Shown here piece after piece: positions 52,238 through 60,850 of a DNA stretch of 64,000 nt. The notes below the pieces were generated by a model, which saw only the letters and a list, made by a program, of their open reading frames with translations, was not told the origin of the DNA and did not search any database. The position numbers and the translations under genes are program-made. Location of the stretch: the NCBI GenBank assembly GCA_965261185.1, contig CBDHCN010000002.1, forward strand, positions 1,760,813 through 1,824,812, in the 5' to 3' direction. Each line of letters begins with the position of its first letter. Position 1 is the first letter of the stretch. The DNA is from Candidatus Aldehydirespiratoraceae bacterium. Lineage in GTDB: Bacteria > Actinomycetota > Acidimicrobiia > Acidimicrobiales > Aldehydirespiratoraceae.

Positions 52238-53662
52238 GTGCAGAACGCTCCAACCGCCGCCTATTCCATCACCCTCAAGATCTCGCTTGACAATGTTCCC
52301 GGCACGCTCGGTCGCTTCGCGGCCGCGGTTGGCGACGTTGGGGGGAACATCGCCGGTATTCCCGGCTTTGAAGCGAAGGGTCCCACGGTGGTGCGGGACA
52401 TAGACGTTCATTGTCGTTCCGAAGAGCACGCCGCGCAGCTAGCAGCGGCGGTCGACGAGCTTGACGGTGTGTCAGTGCTCGATTGGTGGGACCGTACCTA
52501 TGCCCTCCATGAAGGTGGCAAAATTGAGGTGCTTCCGCTTTGTTCGGTTGGCGATGCGGATGACCTGTCTATGGCCTACACGCCCGGTGTCGCGCGGGTT
52601 TGCCTGAGCATTCGCGACGACCAATCACTAGCGCACCGATACACCATCAAGAAGAACACTGTGGCGATAGTCAGTGACGGCAGCGCGGTGCTCGGGCTCG
52701 GCAACATAGGCGCACATGCGGCGATGCCGGTGATGGAGGGAAAGGCCCTGCTATTCAAGGAATTCGGAGGCATAGACGGCTTCCCGATCTGTTTGGACAC
52801 CCAAGACACAGAAGAGATCATCGAGACGGTTATGCACATCGCTCCAACGTTCGGTGGGATCAACCTTGAAGACATCGCCGCGCCGGCCTGCTTCGAAATC
52901 GAGGAGCGCCTCAAGGCGGCCCTTCCGATACCGGTCTTTCATGATGATCAGCACGGCACGGCCATCGTTGCTTTGGCTGCTCTTACCAACGCGCTGAAAC
53001 TGGTCGACAAGAAAATCGGAGATATTTCGGTTGTTGTCTCCGGGATGGGTGCTGCGGGAGTGGCCGTGGGCAAGATTCTGCTTGACGCGGGGGTTGGCGA
53101 AGTCATAGGTGTTGATCGAATGGGAGCGGTACATGAGGGTCGCGACCAGCAAAATACGGTCAAGGAACGCTTTGCCGCGATAACCAACCGTGACCGCAAA
53201 GCGGGCAGGCTGCCAGAAGTGCTGGTGGGAGCGGACGTGTTCGTGGGTGTGTCGGCACCCGACCTGATCGATGCTTCAAACCTTCGCAAGATGGCTCGTG
53301 ACCCGATCGTTTTCGCGATGGCCAACCCAGATCCAGAAATCCGTCCTGAAGCAGCCGACGGTATCGCTGCTGTCATGGCTACGGGCCGCTCCGACTTCCC
53401 CAACCAGATAAACAATGTCTTGGCATTTCCGGGGATTTTCAGAGGAACCCTCGATGTTTGCGCGCATAGCGTGACCGAGAATATGAAGGTGAGCGCGGCC
53501 GCTGCAATAGCTGCTTGCGTGCCTGAATCGGAGCTCCGCCCCGATTTTGTGGTGCCGTCGGTCTTTGATCGTTCCGTCGCTCCGATGGTGGCCAAAGCGG
53601 TCGCCGAAGCAGCCGAGTGTGATGGTGTCGTTCGTAGCCGGCACAAAGCCTCTGGAAGCTGA
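52238..53662 (+). CDS. NAD(P)-dependent malic enzyme with N-terminal ACT-like domain
   Basis: 474 aa with the malic-enzyme core (YTPGVARV..., FHDDQHGTAIV, SGMGAAGVAVG, MANPDPEI). Confidence 0.9.
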   Translation: MQNAPTAAYSITLKISLDNVPGTLGRFAAAVGDVGGNIAGIPGFEAKGPTVVRDIDVHCRSEEHAAQLAAAVDELDGVSVLDWWDRTYALHEGGKIEVLPLCSVGDADDLSMAYTPGVARVCLSIRDDQSLAHRYTIKKNTVAIVSDGSAVLGLGNIGAHAAMPVMEGKALLFKEFGGIDGFPICLDTQDTEEIIETVMHIAPTFGGINLEDIAAPACFEIEERLKAALPIPVFHDDQHGTAIVALAALTNALKLVDKKIGDISVVVSGMGAAGVAVGKILLDAGVGEVIGVDRMGAVHEGRDQQNTVKERFAAITNRDRKAGRLPEVLVGADVFVGVSAPDLIDASNLRKMARDPIVFAMANPDPEIRPEAADGIAAVMATGRSDFPNQINNVLAFPGIFRGTLDVCAHSVTENMKVSAAAAIAACVPESELRPDFVVPSVFDRSVAPMVAKAVAEAAECDGVVRSRHKASGS

Positions 53663-53682
53663 ACCGATTGGAGTCTGAATCG

Positions 53683-55806
53683 ATGTTTGAACACCTGTTG
53701 TCACCGGTCTCTGTCGGGCCGATGGAGTTGCGAAATCGGATGGTCATGGCCCCGATGGGAGTCGAGATTGTTGGCGATGACGGATTCGCCAACGACCAAA
53801 TCATCGCCTACTACGAGGAGAGGGCTCGTGGCGGAGTTGGGTTGATCATCACTGAGGTGTGCGCTATGGCGTACCCCCGGGGAGCCAACTCCGTGCACCA
53901 ACTCGGGTTGTCAGACGACCGCTATATTCCGGCTCTGCGCCGACTCACCGATCAGGTGCACCGCCACGGTGCCAAGATCGCAGTCCAACTCGTGCATCAC
54001 GGCAAGGTCTCCCGAGTCGATATCAAAGAGGGGCGTCCTGTTCTTGTGCCGTCGATTCCTCAATGGCACGGGTCGCTTGACATGATCAACGACCTGACTC
54101 CTGAGGAATTGGGGTTGATGGCGGCGGCCAATGGTGGAGGGAAACCGAATTACCACGAGATGACGGCGGCTGACATCGTCGCGGTGACCGCTGAGTTTGC
54201 CGCTGCTGCCAGGCGCGCGCAACAAGCCGGATTTGACGGCGTGGAGATCCATGGTGCCCACGGTTATCTGATCTCTGGATTCCTCTCCAAGCAGTGGAAC
54301 CACCGAACCGATGAATACGGCGGAGATATCCGCAGTCGATCACGGCTGCTGTGTGAGGTCATCGCTGCTGCCAAAGCTGCTACCAACGACAATTTTGCGG
54401 TCTGGTGCCGCCTCGATGCTCTGGAATATCGCACACCGGACGGCATTGTCTTCACAGACACCGAAGTAACCGCGCAACTCGCCCAAGAGGCCGGAGCTGA
54501 TGCGATTCACCTCAGCGCCTATGGCGACCAGACTTCCGGTCCGGCTTTCACCGAAGGGACCCTGCCTCACCGTGAAGCAACCCATGCGGCGCTGTCGGGC
54601 CAGTTGAAGAGCAATCTCAACGTACCGGTCATCGCGGTTGGCCGGATCCGGCCAGAAACCGGCGACGAAATGATCGCTCACGGCAAAGCCGACCTGATCG
54701 CTATGGGTCGTCAGATGCTCGCCGACCCCGCTACGGCGCTGAAAGTCGCTGAGCATCGCCCTGCCGATATCCGTCCGTGCATCAACTGCTATGTCTGCGT
54801 GGCTCAGCCGTTCTTCGATAGACGGGTGCGTTGCGCTGTCAACCCGGTGCTAGCCCATGAAGTCGAGTTGCGCGACATTGAACGCACCACCGCTTCGGTG
54901 CCGAAGTCGGTGCTTATTGTCGGCGGGGGACCAGCGGGTATGGAGGCGGCTCGGGTTGCAGCCACACGGGGACACACGGTCACGATTTTTGAGGCGAGCC
55001 CACAACTCGGCGGTGCTCTGAGATTTGGCGCGCTGGTGTACGAGCCGAATCTTCGGCTCTTGAAGTGGTTGACCAGGCAGATGGAATCGCTTGATATTGA
55101 TGTGCGGCCGAGCACGCCGGCGACTGTAGAGGCAGTCCAAGCGCTGGGGCCGGACAGCTTGATTGTGGCCACGGGAGCTTCGCGTGTCCGACCAGACATA
55201 CCCGGCATCGATTTGGACCATGTGCTCGATGGCGACGACCTGCGGGCCATGCTGACCGATCCATCCACTGACGCTTCACGGAAGCTCTCGTTGACCGGGA
55301 GAATTGCGGTTGCCGCGGGTAAGCGACTCGGGTTGACAGACGATCCGGAACGGTTGGCCTCTTTGACGCATCACTACATGCCGATTGGTAAGCGGGTCAC
55401 GATTCTGGGAGGTGGCCTTGTCGGCATCGAACTCGCTGAGTTCCTAGTGGACCGTGGCCGTACGGTCACGGTGCTGGACGCTGCGGCGACGTTGGCCACA
55501 GAGATGGCTCACCCGCGGCGTTGGCGTGTTCTGACTGATCTGCGTTCCCACGGTGCCGAGTTGTTGAGCAACGCCGATGTGTTGGAGGTCACTCCCACGC
55601 AGGTGCGCTACCGCCACAACGACAGTGACCATGCCGTTGACGCCGATTGTGTGGTGATCGCGTCCGGCCTCACCGGTGATGAGTCGGTCGCGCAACAACT
55701 GCGGGCTGCTGGCCTCGACCCTGTGGCGATCGGAGATTGCACCGGAGTCGGTTATCTCGAAGGGGCCATGAGCGACGGTTTCCACGCCGGCAACGCCGTC
55801 GGCTGA
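53683..55806 (+). CDS. NADH:flavin oxidoreductase / 2,4-dienoyl-CoA reductase-like (OYE domain + FAD/NAD(P) domain)
   Basis: N-terminal OYE-like TIM barrel (MELRNRMVMAPMG..., HGAHGYLISGFLS), a 4Fe-4S Cys motif region (CINCYVC) and a C-terminal Rossmann fold (VGGGPAGMEAA). I chose the start at ATG 53683; the track start is TTG 53668. Confidence 0.9.
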   Translation: MFEHLLSPVSVGPMELRNRMVMAPMGVEIVGDDGFANDQIIAYYEERARGGVGLIITEVCAMAYPRGANSVHQLGLSDDRYIPALRRLTDQVHRHGAKIAVQLVHHGKVSRVDIKEGRPVLVPSIPQWHGSLDMINDLTPEELGLMAAANGGGKPNYHEMTAADIVAVTAEFAAAARRAQQAGFDGVEIHGAHGYLISGFLSKQWNHRTDEYGGDIRSRSRLLCEVIAAAKAATNDNFAVWCRLDALEYRTPDGIVFTDTEVTAQLAQEAGADAIHLSAYGDQTSGPAFTEGTLPHREATHAALSGQLKSNLNVPVIAVGRIRPETGDEMIAHGKADLIAMGRQMLADPATALKVAEHRPADIRPCINCYVCVAQPFFDRRVRCAVNPVLAHEVELRDIERTTASVPKSVLIVGGGPAGMEAARVAATRGHTVTIFEASPQLGGALRFGALVYEPNLRLLKWLTRQMESLDIDVRPSTPATVEAVQALGPDSLIVATGASRVRPDIPGIDLDHVLDGDDLRAMLTDPSTDASRKLSLTGRIAVAAGKRLGLTDDPERLASLTHHYMPIGKRVTILGGGLVGIELAEFLVDRGRTVTVLDAAATLATEMAHPRRWRVLTDLRSHGAELLSNADVLEVTPTQVRYRHNDSDHAVDADCVVIASGLTGDESVAQQLRAAGLDPVAIGDCTGVGYLEGAMSDGFHAGNAVG

Positions 55807-55922
55807 GCACGCCGTCGGCTGAGCACGGGGTCGGCTGAGCACGGGGTCGGCTGAGCACGGGGTCGGCTGAGCACGGGGTCGGCTGAGCAAGGGGTCGGCT
55901 GAGCACGGGGTCGGCTGAGCAA
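55798..55922. repeat. 16-bp tandem repeat, ~7.8 copies, beginning in the last codons and stop of the reductase gene
   Basis: The unit is GTCGGCTGAGCACGGG (first copy ..CACGCC). Units start at 55798, 55814, 55830, 55846, 55862, 55878, 55894 and 55910. Confidence 0.9.
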
Positions 55923-55968
55923 CAGTGGGTAGACGCGAGCGACCCGGCAGAGTATGCCGGGCCGCTGG

Positions 55969-56044
55969 TGGTGGTCGGGACCGGCGTCGATCCGGTGACC
56001 TACCGCTTTTCAGGCGGCCGCTCTGCCAACTGAGCTACCCGACC
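55969..56044 (-). tRNA. pheT: tRNA-Phe (anticodon GAA), CCA encoded
   Basis: Hand fold: GGTCGGG/TA/GCTC-AGTTGGCA-GAGC/G/GCCGC-CTGAAAA-GCGGT/AGGTC/ACCGG-ATCGACG-CCGGT/CCCGACC/A/CCA. The T-loop starts with A rather than the canonical T54. Confidence 0.82.
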
Positions 56045-56068
56045 CCACAGCATCCTCGAAAGGATGCG

Positions 56069-56146
56069 TGGCGGTCCTGACGGGATTTGAACCCGCGGCC
56101 TCCACCTTGACAGGGTGGCGATCACTCCAAACTGATCTACAGGACC
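56069..56146 (-). tRNA. aspT: tRNA-Asp (anticodon GTC), CCA encoded
   Basis: Hand fold: GGTCCTG/TA/GATC-10 nt D-loop-GATC/G/CCACC-CTGTCAA-GGTGG/AGGCC/GCGGG-TTCAAAT-CCCGT/CAGGACC/G/CCA. Confidence 0.87.
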
Positions 56147-56323
56147 CTTCGCTCGGACATGCCGTGCGAACCTGGAACGGTATGCCACCCCACCGATATT
56201 CACAACCTGTTTTAACCCCCGAGCAGTTCCAGACCGCGCGGTTGTAGCCCTCACGAGATTCGAAGCTTCGGCGATGCCTTCCGACCGAGCTGTTGCTGGT
56301 ATGACTCCGCGTGGAGGTCATAC

Positions 56324-56972
56324 TCAGATCACGTTGCGCTCTCTCAGCGCAGCGATCTCGATTTCCGAGAGTCCCAGCAGGGTGGAGAACACCTCGTCGG
56401 TGTGTTCCCCCAACCGCGGCGCACCCGCCGGGACCGGAAGCCGGTTGTCGTCGAAACGGGGGTAGGGGGCCTGCTGGCGAACCGGTCCGATGACGGGATC
56501 ATCGACGGTACACATATCTCCTTGGGCGAGTACATGGTCGTCGGCAACCACGTCCGACACGTCGTAGACGACGCCAACGGGCACGCCGTGGCGACCGCAG
56601 CGCTCCTCGATGGTGGTCGCGTCCAGCCCGGATGCCCACTCAGCGATGGTCTGGTTGACAACCTCCCGGTTGCGCTGTCGCGCCCGTGGTGTTGTGAAGC
56701 GCTCGTCGGTCAGCAACTCGGGCCGGTTCATTGTCTCACAGAGGCGTTCGAACATTCCTTGGCACACAGCCACGACGCACACATACCGTCCGTCCCGGCT
56801 GGCGAAGTTGTCGAGCGGCGCAACTTGGTCTGATCGATTCCCTGTGCGCTGGCGCACGGTGCCCAGACGGTCGTAGGCCGCGATTGTCCACTCCATGACC
56901 CGCAGCACCGATCCGTAAAGGTAGGCGTCTACCACGCCCCCGGTTCCGGCGCCCTTAGCCTGGATCCACCGA
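56324..56972 (-). pseudogene. C-terminal half of a family III (CaiB/BaiF) CoA-transferase gene; the N-terminal half is missing
   Basis: The 203-aa ORF matches only the second half of CaiB-type enzymes (..VDAYLYG...APLDNFASRDGRYVCVVA...NRPELLTDERFTT...ERCGRHGVPVGVV..). The in-frame upstream sequence (..RRWIQAKGAGTGGVVD) runs into mobile DNA. No Rossmann-like N-terminal part is present. Confidence 0.7.
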
Positions 56973-57077
56973 CGCGGTGAGGTTGTGGGGTTGGCGCGTC
57001 CACCAGAAAGGCCTCCTGATCTGCGACGATTGTGATGTCGATATTCACGTTCGTCTCAACAACAGGAGGCACTTTTT

Positions 57078-58223
57078 GTGTCTGTATCTTCGCGCAGTTT
57101 GGACCGGTTCGCAACGACCTTCGATCATGAGGGCCTGGTCGCCAACGCGGGCCTGATCCTGGCGGCCACGCTGATGGACCGTTTGGGTCTGTTGGGGCTG
57201 ATCGAGCGGTGGGTGCGCACCGGCTCGGCGAACCCGGGCCGAAAGATTCTCACGCTGGTCGCGGCGATGCTCGCTGGCGCCACTCACATCGATCATGTCG
57301 AGATGCTGCGCGCGGGCGGCACCGGTCGGGTGCTGGGGTTCACCCCGATGGCGCCCTCGACTGTGGGGTCGTTCTTGCGGACCTTCACGTTCGGCCACGC
57401 CCGCCAGCTCGAAGCGGTGCTGGCGCGTACGCTGGCGCGTGCCTGGGGACTAGGCGCAGGCCCCGGCGACAAGCCGCTGACGGTCGATCTGGACTCCACG
57501 ATCTGCGAGGTCCACGGCAAGCACAAGGGCGGCGCCGCGTACGGCTACACCAAGGTGCTGGGCTATCACCCGCTGCTGGCCGCACGCGCCGACACCCGCG
57601 AAGTGCTCGCCGCCCGCATGCGCAAAGGCTCCGCGGGCTCGGCGCGAGGAGTGGTGCGATTCGTCGACGAGCTCGTCGCCAACCTGCGACGCGCCGGGGC
57701 CACCGGGCCGACCACCGTACGCGCCGACTCGGGGTTCTGGTCCCACAAGCTGATCGACCGCCTCGACGCCCACAACGTCAAGTGGTCGATCACCGTCGCG
57801 CTCGGATCCGCTGTGCGCGCAGCGATCCAAGCGATCAGCGACAACGCCTGGGCCGACATCGCCTACACCCAAGGCGGCCGCGCCCAAGTCGCCGAGACCC
57901 AATACGTCACCGGCCGCGGCAAACACGAGCGCACCGTTCGCCTCGTGGTGCGCCGCACCCGACTCGCCCAAGACACCCAACAACAGATGTGGCCCGACTG
58001 GCGACACCACGCGTTCATCACCAACACCGACCACGACACCGCCGCCGCTGATGAGTTCCACCGCAACCGACGCCGTCGTCGAGCTCGCCATCCGCGACCT
58101 CAAAGAAGGCTCCGGGCTCGACCACGTCCCCTCAGGCCACTACCGCGCCAACTGCGCATGGCTCGCCTGCGCAACCCTCGCCCACAACATCGGCCACTGG
58201 ACCGCGCTCCTCGCCGGCGCGCC
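57078..58223 (+). pseudogene. IS1380-family transposase gene, frameshifted (~58065-58075) and 3'-truncated by the IS3-family insertion
   Basis: The N-terminal 330 aa are IS1380-like (FDHEGLVANAGLILAATLMDRLGL..., VDLDSTICEVHGKHKGGAAYGYTKVLGYHPLLA, VRADSGFWSHKLI). After ..AAADEFHRN the homologous continuation (AVVELAIRDLKEGSGLDHVPSGHYRANCAWLACATLAHNIGHW) is in the +1 frame. The sequence stops at the IRL of IS copy 2. Confidence 0.75.
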
Positions 58224-58314
58224 TGTTGTGCATCTGACTTCGCGCGACAGGTTCTGAGTTTTTTCAAGCAGCATCGGGCAGGGTTGGCGGTTCTAGGACA
58301 GGAGGCTGCAGCCT

Positions 58315-58644
58315 ATGAGTTCCGAGCATAGAAAACCGAAGAAGCTGCTTACAGCAGAGCAGAAGTACGATTTGTGGGTGCGGATGCTTTGCGGTCAGGT
58401 CACCCAGGCCGAGGCGGCTGCTGAGGCTGGTGTGGACCGGTCGGTGATCGCCCGGCTGCGAGCTGTCGCCCGGGATGGGGCGGTCGCGGCTTTGGGTTCG
58501 TCGAGGCCGGGCCGGCCCCGTCAGTCCCGAGCGGAGGCGTCTGAGGCAGCAGCCCTTCGTGTCGAGGTGGAACGGTTGGGGCGTACTGTGGTCGAACAAG
58601 CCGTGGAGCTGGCGGTGCTGCGGGGAAAAACGGGTTGGGGATGA
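58315..58644 (+). CDS. IS3-family transposase OrfA
   Basis: 109 aa, identical to the product of 32654-32983. Confidence 0.85.
   Translation: MSSEHRKPKKLLTAEQKYDLWVRMLCGQVTQAEAAAEAGVDRSVIARLRAVARDGAVAALGSSRPGRPRQSRAEASEAAALRVEVERLGRTVVEQAVELAVLRGKTGWG
58623..58629 (+). other. Candidate -1 programmed ribosomal frameshift heptamer G_GGA_AAA in the orfA/orfB overlap
   Basis: The orfA frame reads cgg GGA AAA acg. A slip to GGG AAA continues AAC GGG TTG GGG ATG AGC, which is the orfB frame. The mirror site in copy 1 is at 32669-32675. Confidence 0.5.
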
Positions 58645-59699
58645 GCGGTCCTGTCCCCGCCCGCGTCGACGGGACCGCCAAAGCCGTGCTGTTGGGGTTG
58701 ATCGACGACGCCACCTCGGCTGGCTGGACGCACAGCCGGGTCTGCACGGTGCTGGGTGTGGACCGCCGCCGGGCATGGCGCTGGACCCAACGCCGCGCCG
58801 AGGGGACTCTTGACGATGCCCGCCCGGGCGGACGTCCGATCCACAGCCTGCTGAGCTCAGAACGTGACGAGATCGTGCGCCTCTTCGACGAGTGGGGCGA
58901 CACCGACCGGTCGCATCGCAAGCTCGCGCACCGCGGCTCCTACCTGGGCCGCGTGTGGGTGTCTGCTTCGACTGTGGACCGCGTTCTCGCAGGTCACGGC
59001 CTCGCTCTGGCCGGCACGCCGCGCCCCGCCAAGGCCACCAAGACGCCGTGGCCTACCTGGTGTGAGTGGCGGCCCAACCAACTGTGGTGTTGGGACGGCA
59101 CCCAGTTCCCGACATGCCGACAAGCCAAGCACGCCTACGCGATAGTCGATGTGGTGTCCCGTAAATGGATCGCCACGCACCACACCGCGGCACCGGACTC
59201 GGTCGCCGCCAGAGTCTTGTTCGCCAAAGCACTGCAAAGCGAAGGGCTCCTCACCGACGAACTCGCCGCCCGCCTCGACAACCCCCACGCAGACCTGCCC
59301 CACAGCGACACAATCCCGCTGCTGTTGGCGGTCAGCGACAACGGACCGGAGATGCGCGCCGGCGACACCGCCAAATTCATGGCCATGTGCTCGATCGCCC
59401 AGCACTTCGGACGCCGGTCCACGCCCACCGACCAGGCCTGGATCGAGTCTCTGTTCAGCCACGTCAAAGGCGAGCATCCCCACCTCGAAACGCTCGGCGA
59501 TCCCGCCGACCTCACCCGAGAACTCGAACGCGTCCGCGGCCACTACAACTCGGTGCGGCTGCACGAAGGCATCGGGTATGTCACCCCCCACGACGAGCAC
59601 ACCGGCAAAGGCGACCAGATCCGCCAAGCACGCCGAGACGGACTCCAACAAGCCGACCAGCGACGACGCGCCCACCACCGAAACCAACCGCTAACATGA
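58635..59699 (+). CDS. IS3-family transposase OrfB (DDE/rve)
   Basis: 354 aa, identical to the product of 31599-32663. Confidence 0.88.
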   Translation: MGMSGPVPARVDGTAKAVLLGLIDDATSAGWTHSRVCTVLGVDRRRAWRWTQRRAEGTLDDARPGGRPIHSLLSSERDEIVRLFDEWGDTDRSHRKLAHRGSYLGRVWVSASTVDRVLAGHGLALAGTPRPAKATKTPWPTWCEWRPNQLWCWDGTQFPTCRQAKHAYAIVDVVSRKWIATHHTAAPDSVAARVLFAKALQSEGLLTDELAARLDNPHADLPHSDTIPLLLAVSDNGPEMRAGDTAKFMAMCSIAQHFGRRSTPTDQAWIESLFSHVKGEHPHLETLGDPADLTRELERVRGHYNSVRLHEGIGYVTPHDEHTGKGDQIRQARRDGLQQADQRRRAHHRNQPLT

Positions 59700-59812
59700 C
59701 CGCACAACCACCACCGCACACCCACCAATGCGACTTGAAAAAACCCGCAATCTGTCGCGAAGAGTCAGAAACACCTCAACTGTTCATCGATCAGGGCGAT
59801 GTTGGTTGGCGT

Positions 59813-60850
59813 TTGGCTGGCGGCGGGGCTGATCGGTTCGGGTTGGTGAACGAGTATCTGTCGTATTTGGCGGATCGGAACTACTCGCCGTTGACGGTCC
59901 GTGCCTATGGGTTTGGGTTGTTGGCGTTTTGTCGTTGGTTGGCTGATGAGGAGTTGGATCTGGGCGAGGTGACGACGGATGTGTTGTTGCGGTTTTTGGC
60001 GGCCTGCCGGCGTGAGCGGGTGGCTGGGCGTCGGGGCGGTGCGAATGTGGTCGGACTTGATGGCCGTCGGACTGACATGTTGTCTGCGGCGACGGTGAAT
60101 CTGCGGTTGGCGGCGGTGTCGGGGTTGTTCTCGTTCCGGTCGATGCGTGACCCGGACGCGCTGAACCCGATGCCGAGGGGCCGCGAGGCCGAGTGGGTGT
60201 CGGCGGGTGAGCGGGGCGGGATGTTGGCTCATGTGTCGCGTGCGCCGAGGCGGCGTTCACCGTTGCGGGTCCGCGACGCCAAGCGGCTTCCGAAGACGCT
60301 CGGGCATCGAGAAGTCGTGGCGCTGCTGGAGAGTCTGCGAACGTGGCGGGACCGGGCCATCGCCGGGCTGATGGTGTTCTGCGGGCTGCGCTCGGGGGAG
60401 GTTTTGGCCTTGGAGGTGGCCGATGTCGACATCGGTGTCCGATGGTTGCGGGTGTCGGGCAAGGGCGGCACCGAGCGCCGGGTTCCGCTTGATGTGGACG
60501 TGGCCGGGGTGATTCAGACCTATCTGCTCGCCGAACGCCCTGAGACGACCAGTGCCAGGCTGTTCATTGTGGCCAAGGGCCCCACCCGCGGTCAGCCTCT
60601 CACCGCGGCGGGTTTGCGGAGGATCTTCCGTTACCACCGAGAGATCACCGGCATCACGACAGCGCATCCCCACGCCTTGCGCCACACCTTCGGCACCGCT
60701 TTGGCCGTGGCCGGTGTGGATCTGGCCGTGATGCAGGTCCTGTTGGGTCACGCTCACATCGACACCGCCGCCCGCTACATCCATCTCGCTCCGGCCCATG
60801 TCAAGGCCGAGTTCGATGCTGCCCGTGCCCGCCAACGCGCCAGCACCTGA
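59813..60850 (+). CDS. Tyrosine recombinase, Tn554 TnpA-like (5' end uncertain and possibly clipped by the IS)
   Basis: Has an SAM-like N-domain (YLSYLADRNYSPLTVRAYGFGLLAFCRW) and catalytic R...HxLRH...LGH...Y residues (GLRSGEVL; HPHALRHTFGT; LLGHAHIDTAARY). The only in-frame starts after the IS end are TTG 59813 and GTG 59846. Confidence 0.75.
   Translation: MAGGGADRFGLVNEYLSYLADRNYSPLTVRAYGFGLLAFCRWLADEELDLGEVTTDVLLRFLAACRRERVAGRRGGANVVGLDGRRTDMLSAATVNLRLAAVSGLFSFRSMRDPDALNPMPRGREAEWVSAGERGGMLAHVSRAPRRRSPLRVRDAKRLPKTLGHREVVALLESLRTWRDRAIAGLMVFCGLRSGEVLALEVADVDIGVRWLRVSGKGGTERRVPLDVDVAGVIQTYLLAERPETTSARLFIVAKGPTRGQPLTAAGLRRIFRYHREITGITTAHPHALRHTFGTALAVAGVDLAVMQVLLGHAHIDTAARYIHLAPAHVKAEFDAARARQRAST

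Larger units (their letters stand above)
58224..59778 (+). mobile_element. IS3-family insertion sequence, copy 2 (1555 bp), inverted relative to copy 1
   Basis: The ends and both ORF products match copy 1, with position x here corresponding to 91298-x there. I saw only two substitutions (58283 region ctagAacc versus ctagGacc; 59707 region gaccGcac versus gaccAcac). No matching flanking direct repeat is present (..gcc| and |act..). Confidence 0.9.

Noticed and set aside
55969-56146. tRNA genes as the integration site (att) of the adjacent mobile cluster
   Set aside because: The tRNAs are on the minus strand, so their 3' ends face away from the mobile DNA. I found no repeat of a tRNA 3' end at the distal side of the cluster.
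59165-60850. 561-aa ORF spanning the IS end and the first recombinase gene
   Set aside because: It is a chimera. Its first ~205 codons are an out-of-frame reading of IS orfB that happens to stay open across the IS terminus at 59778. Only the part after 59778 has tyrosine-recombinase motifs.
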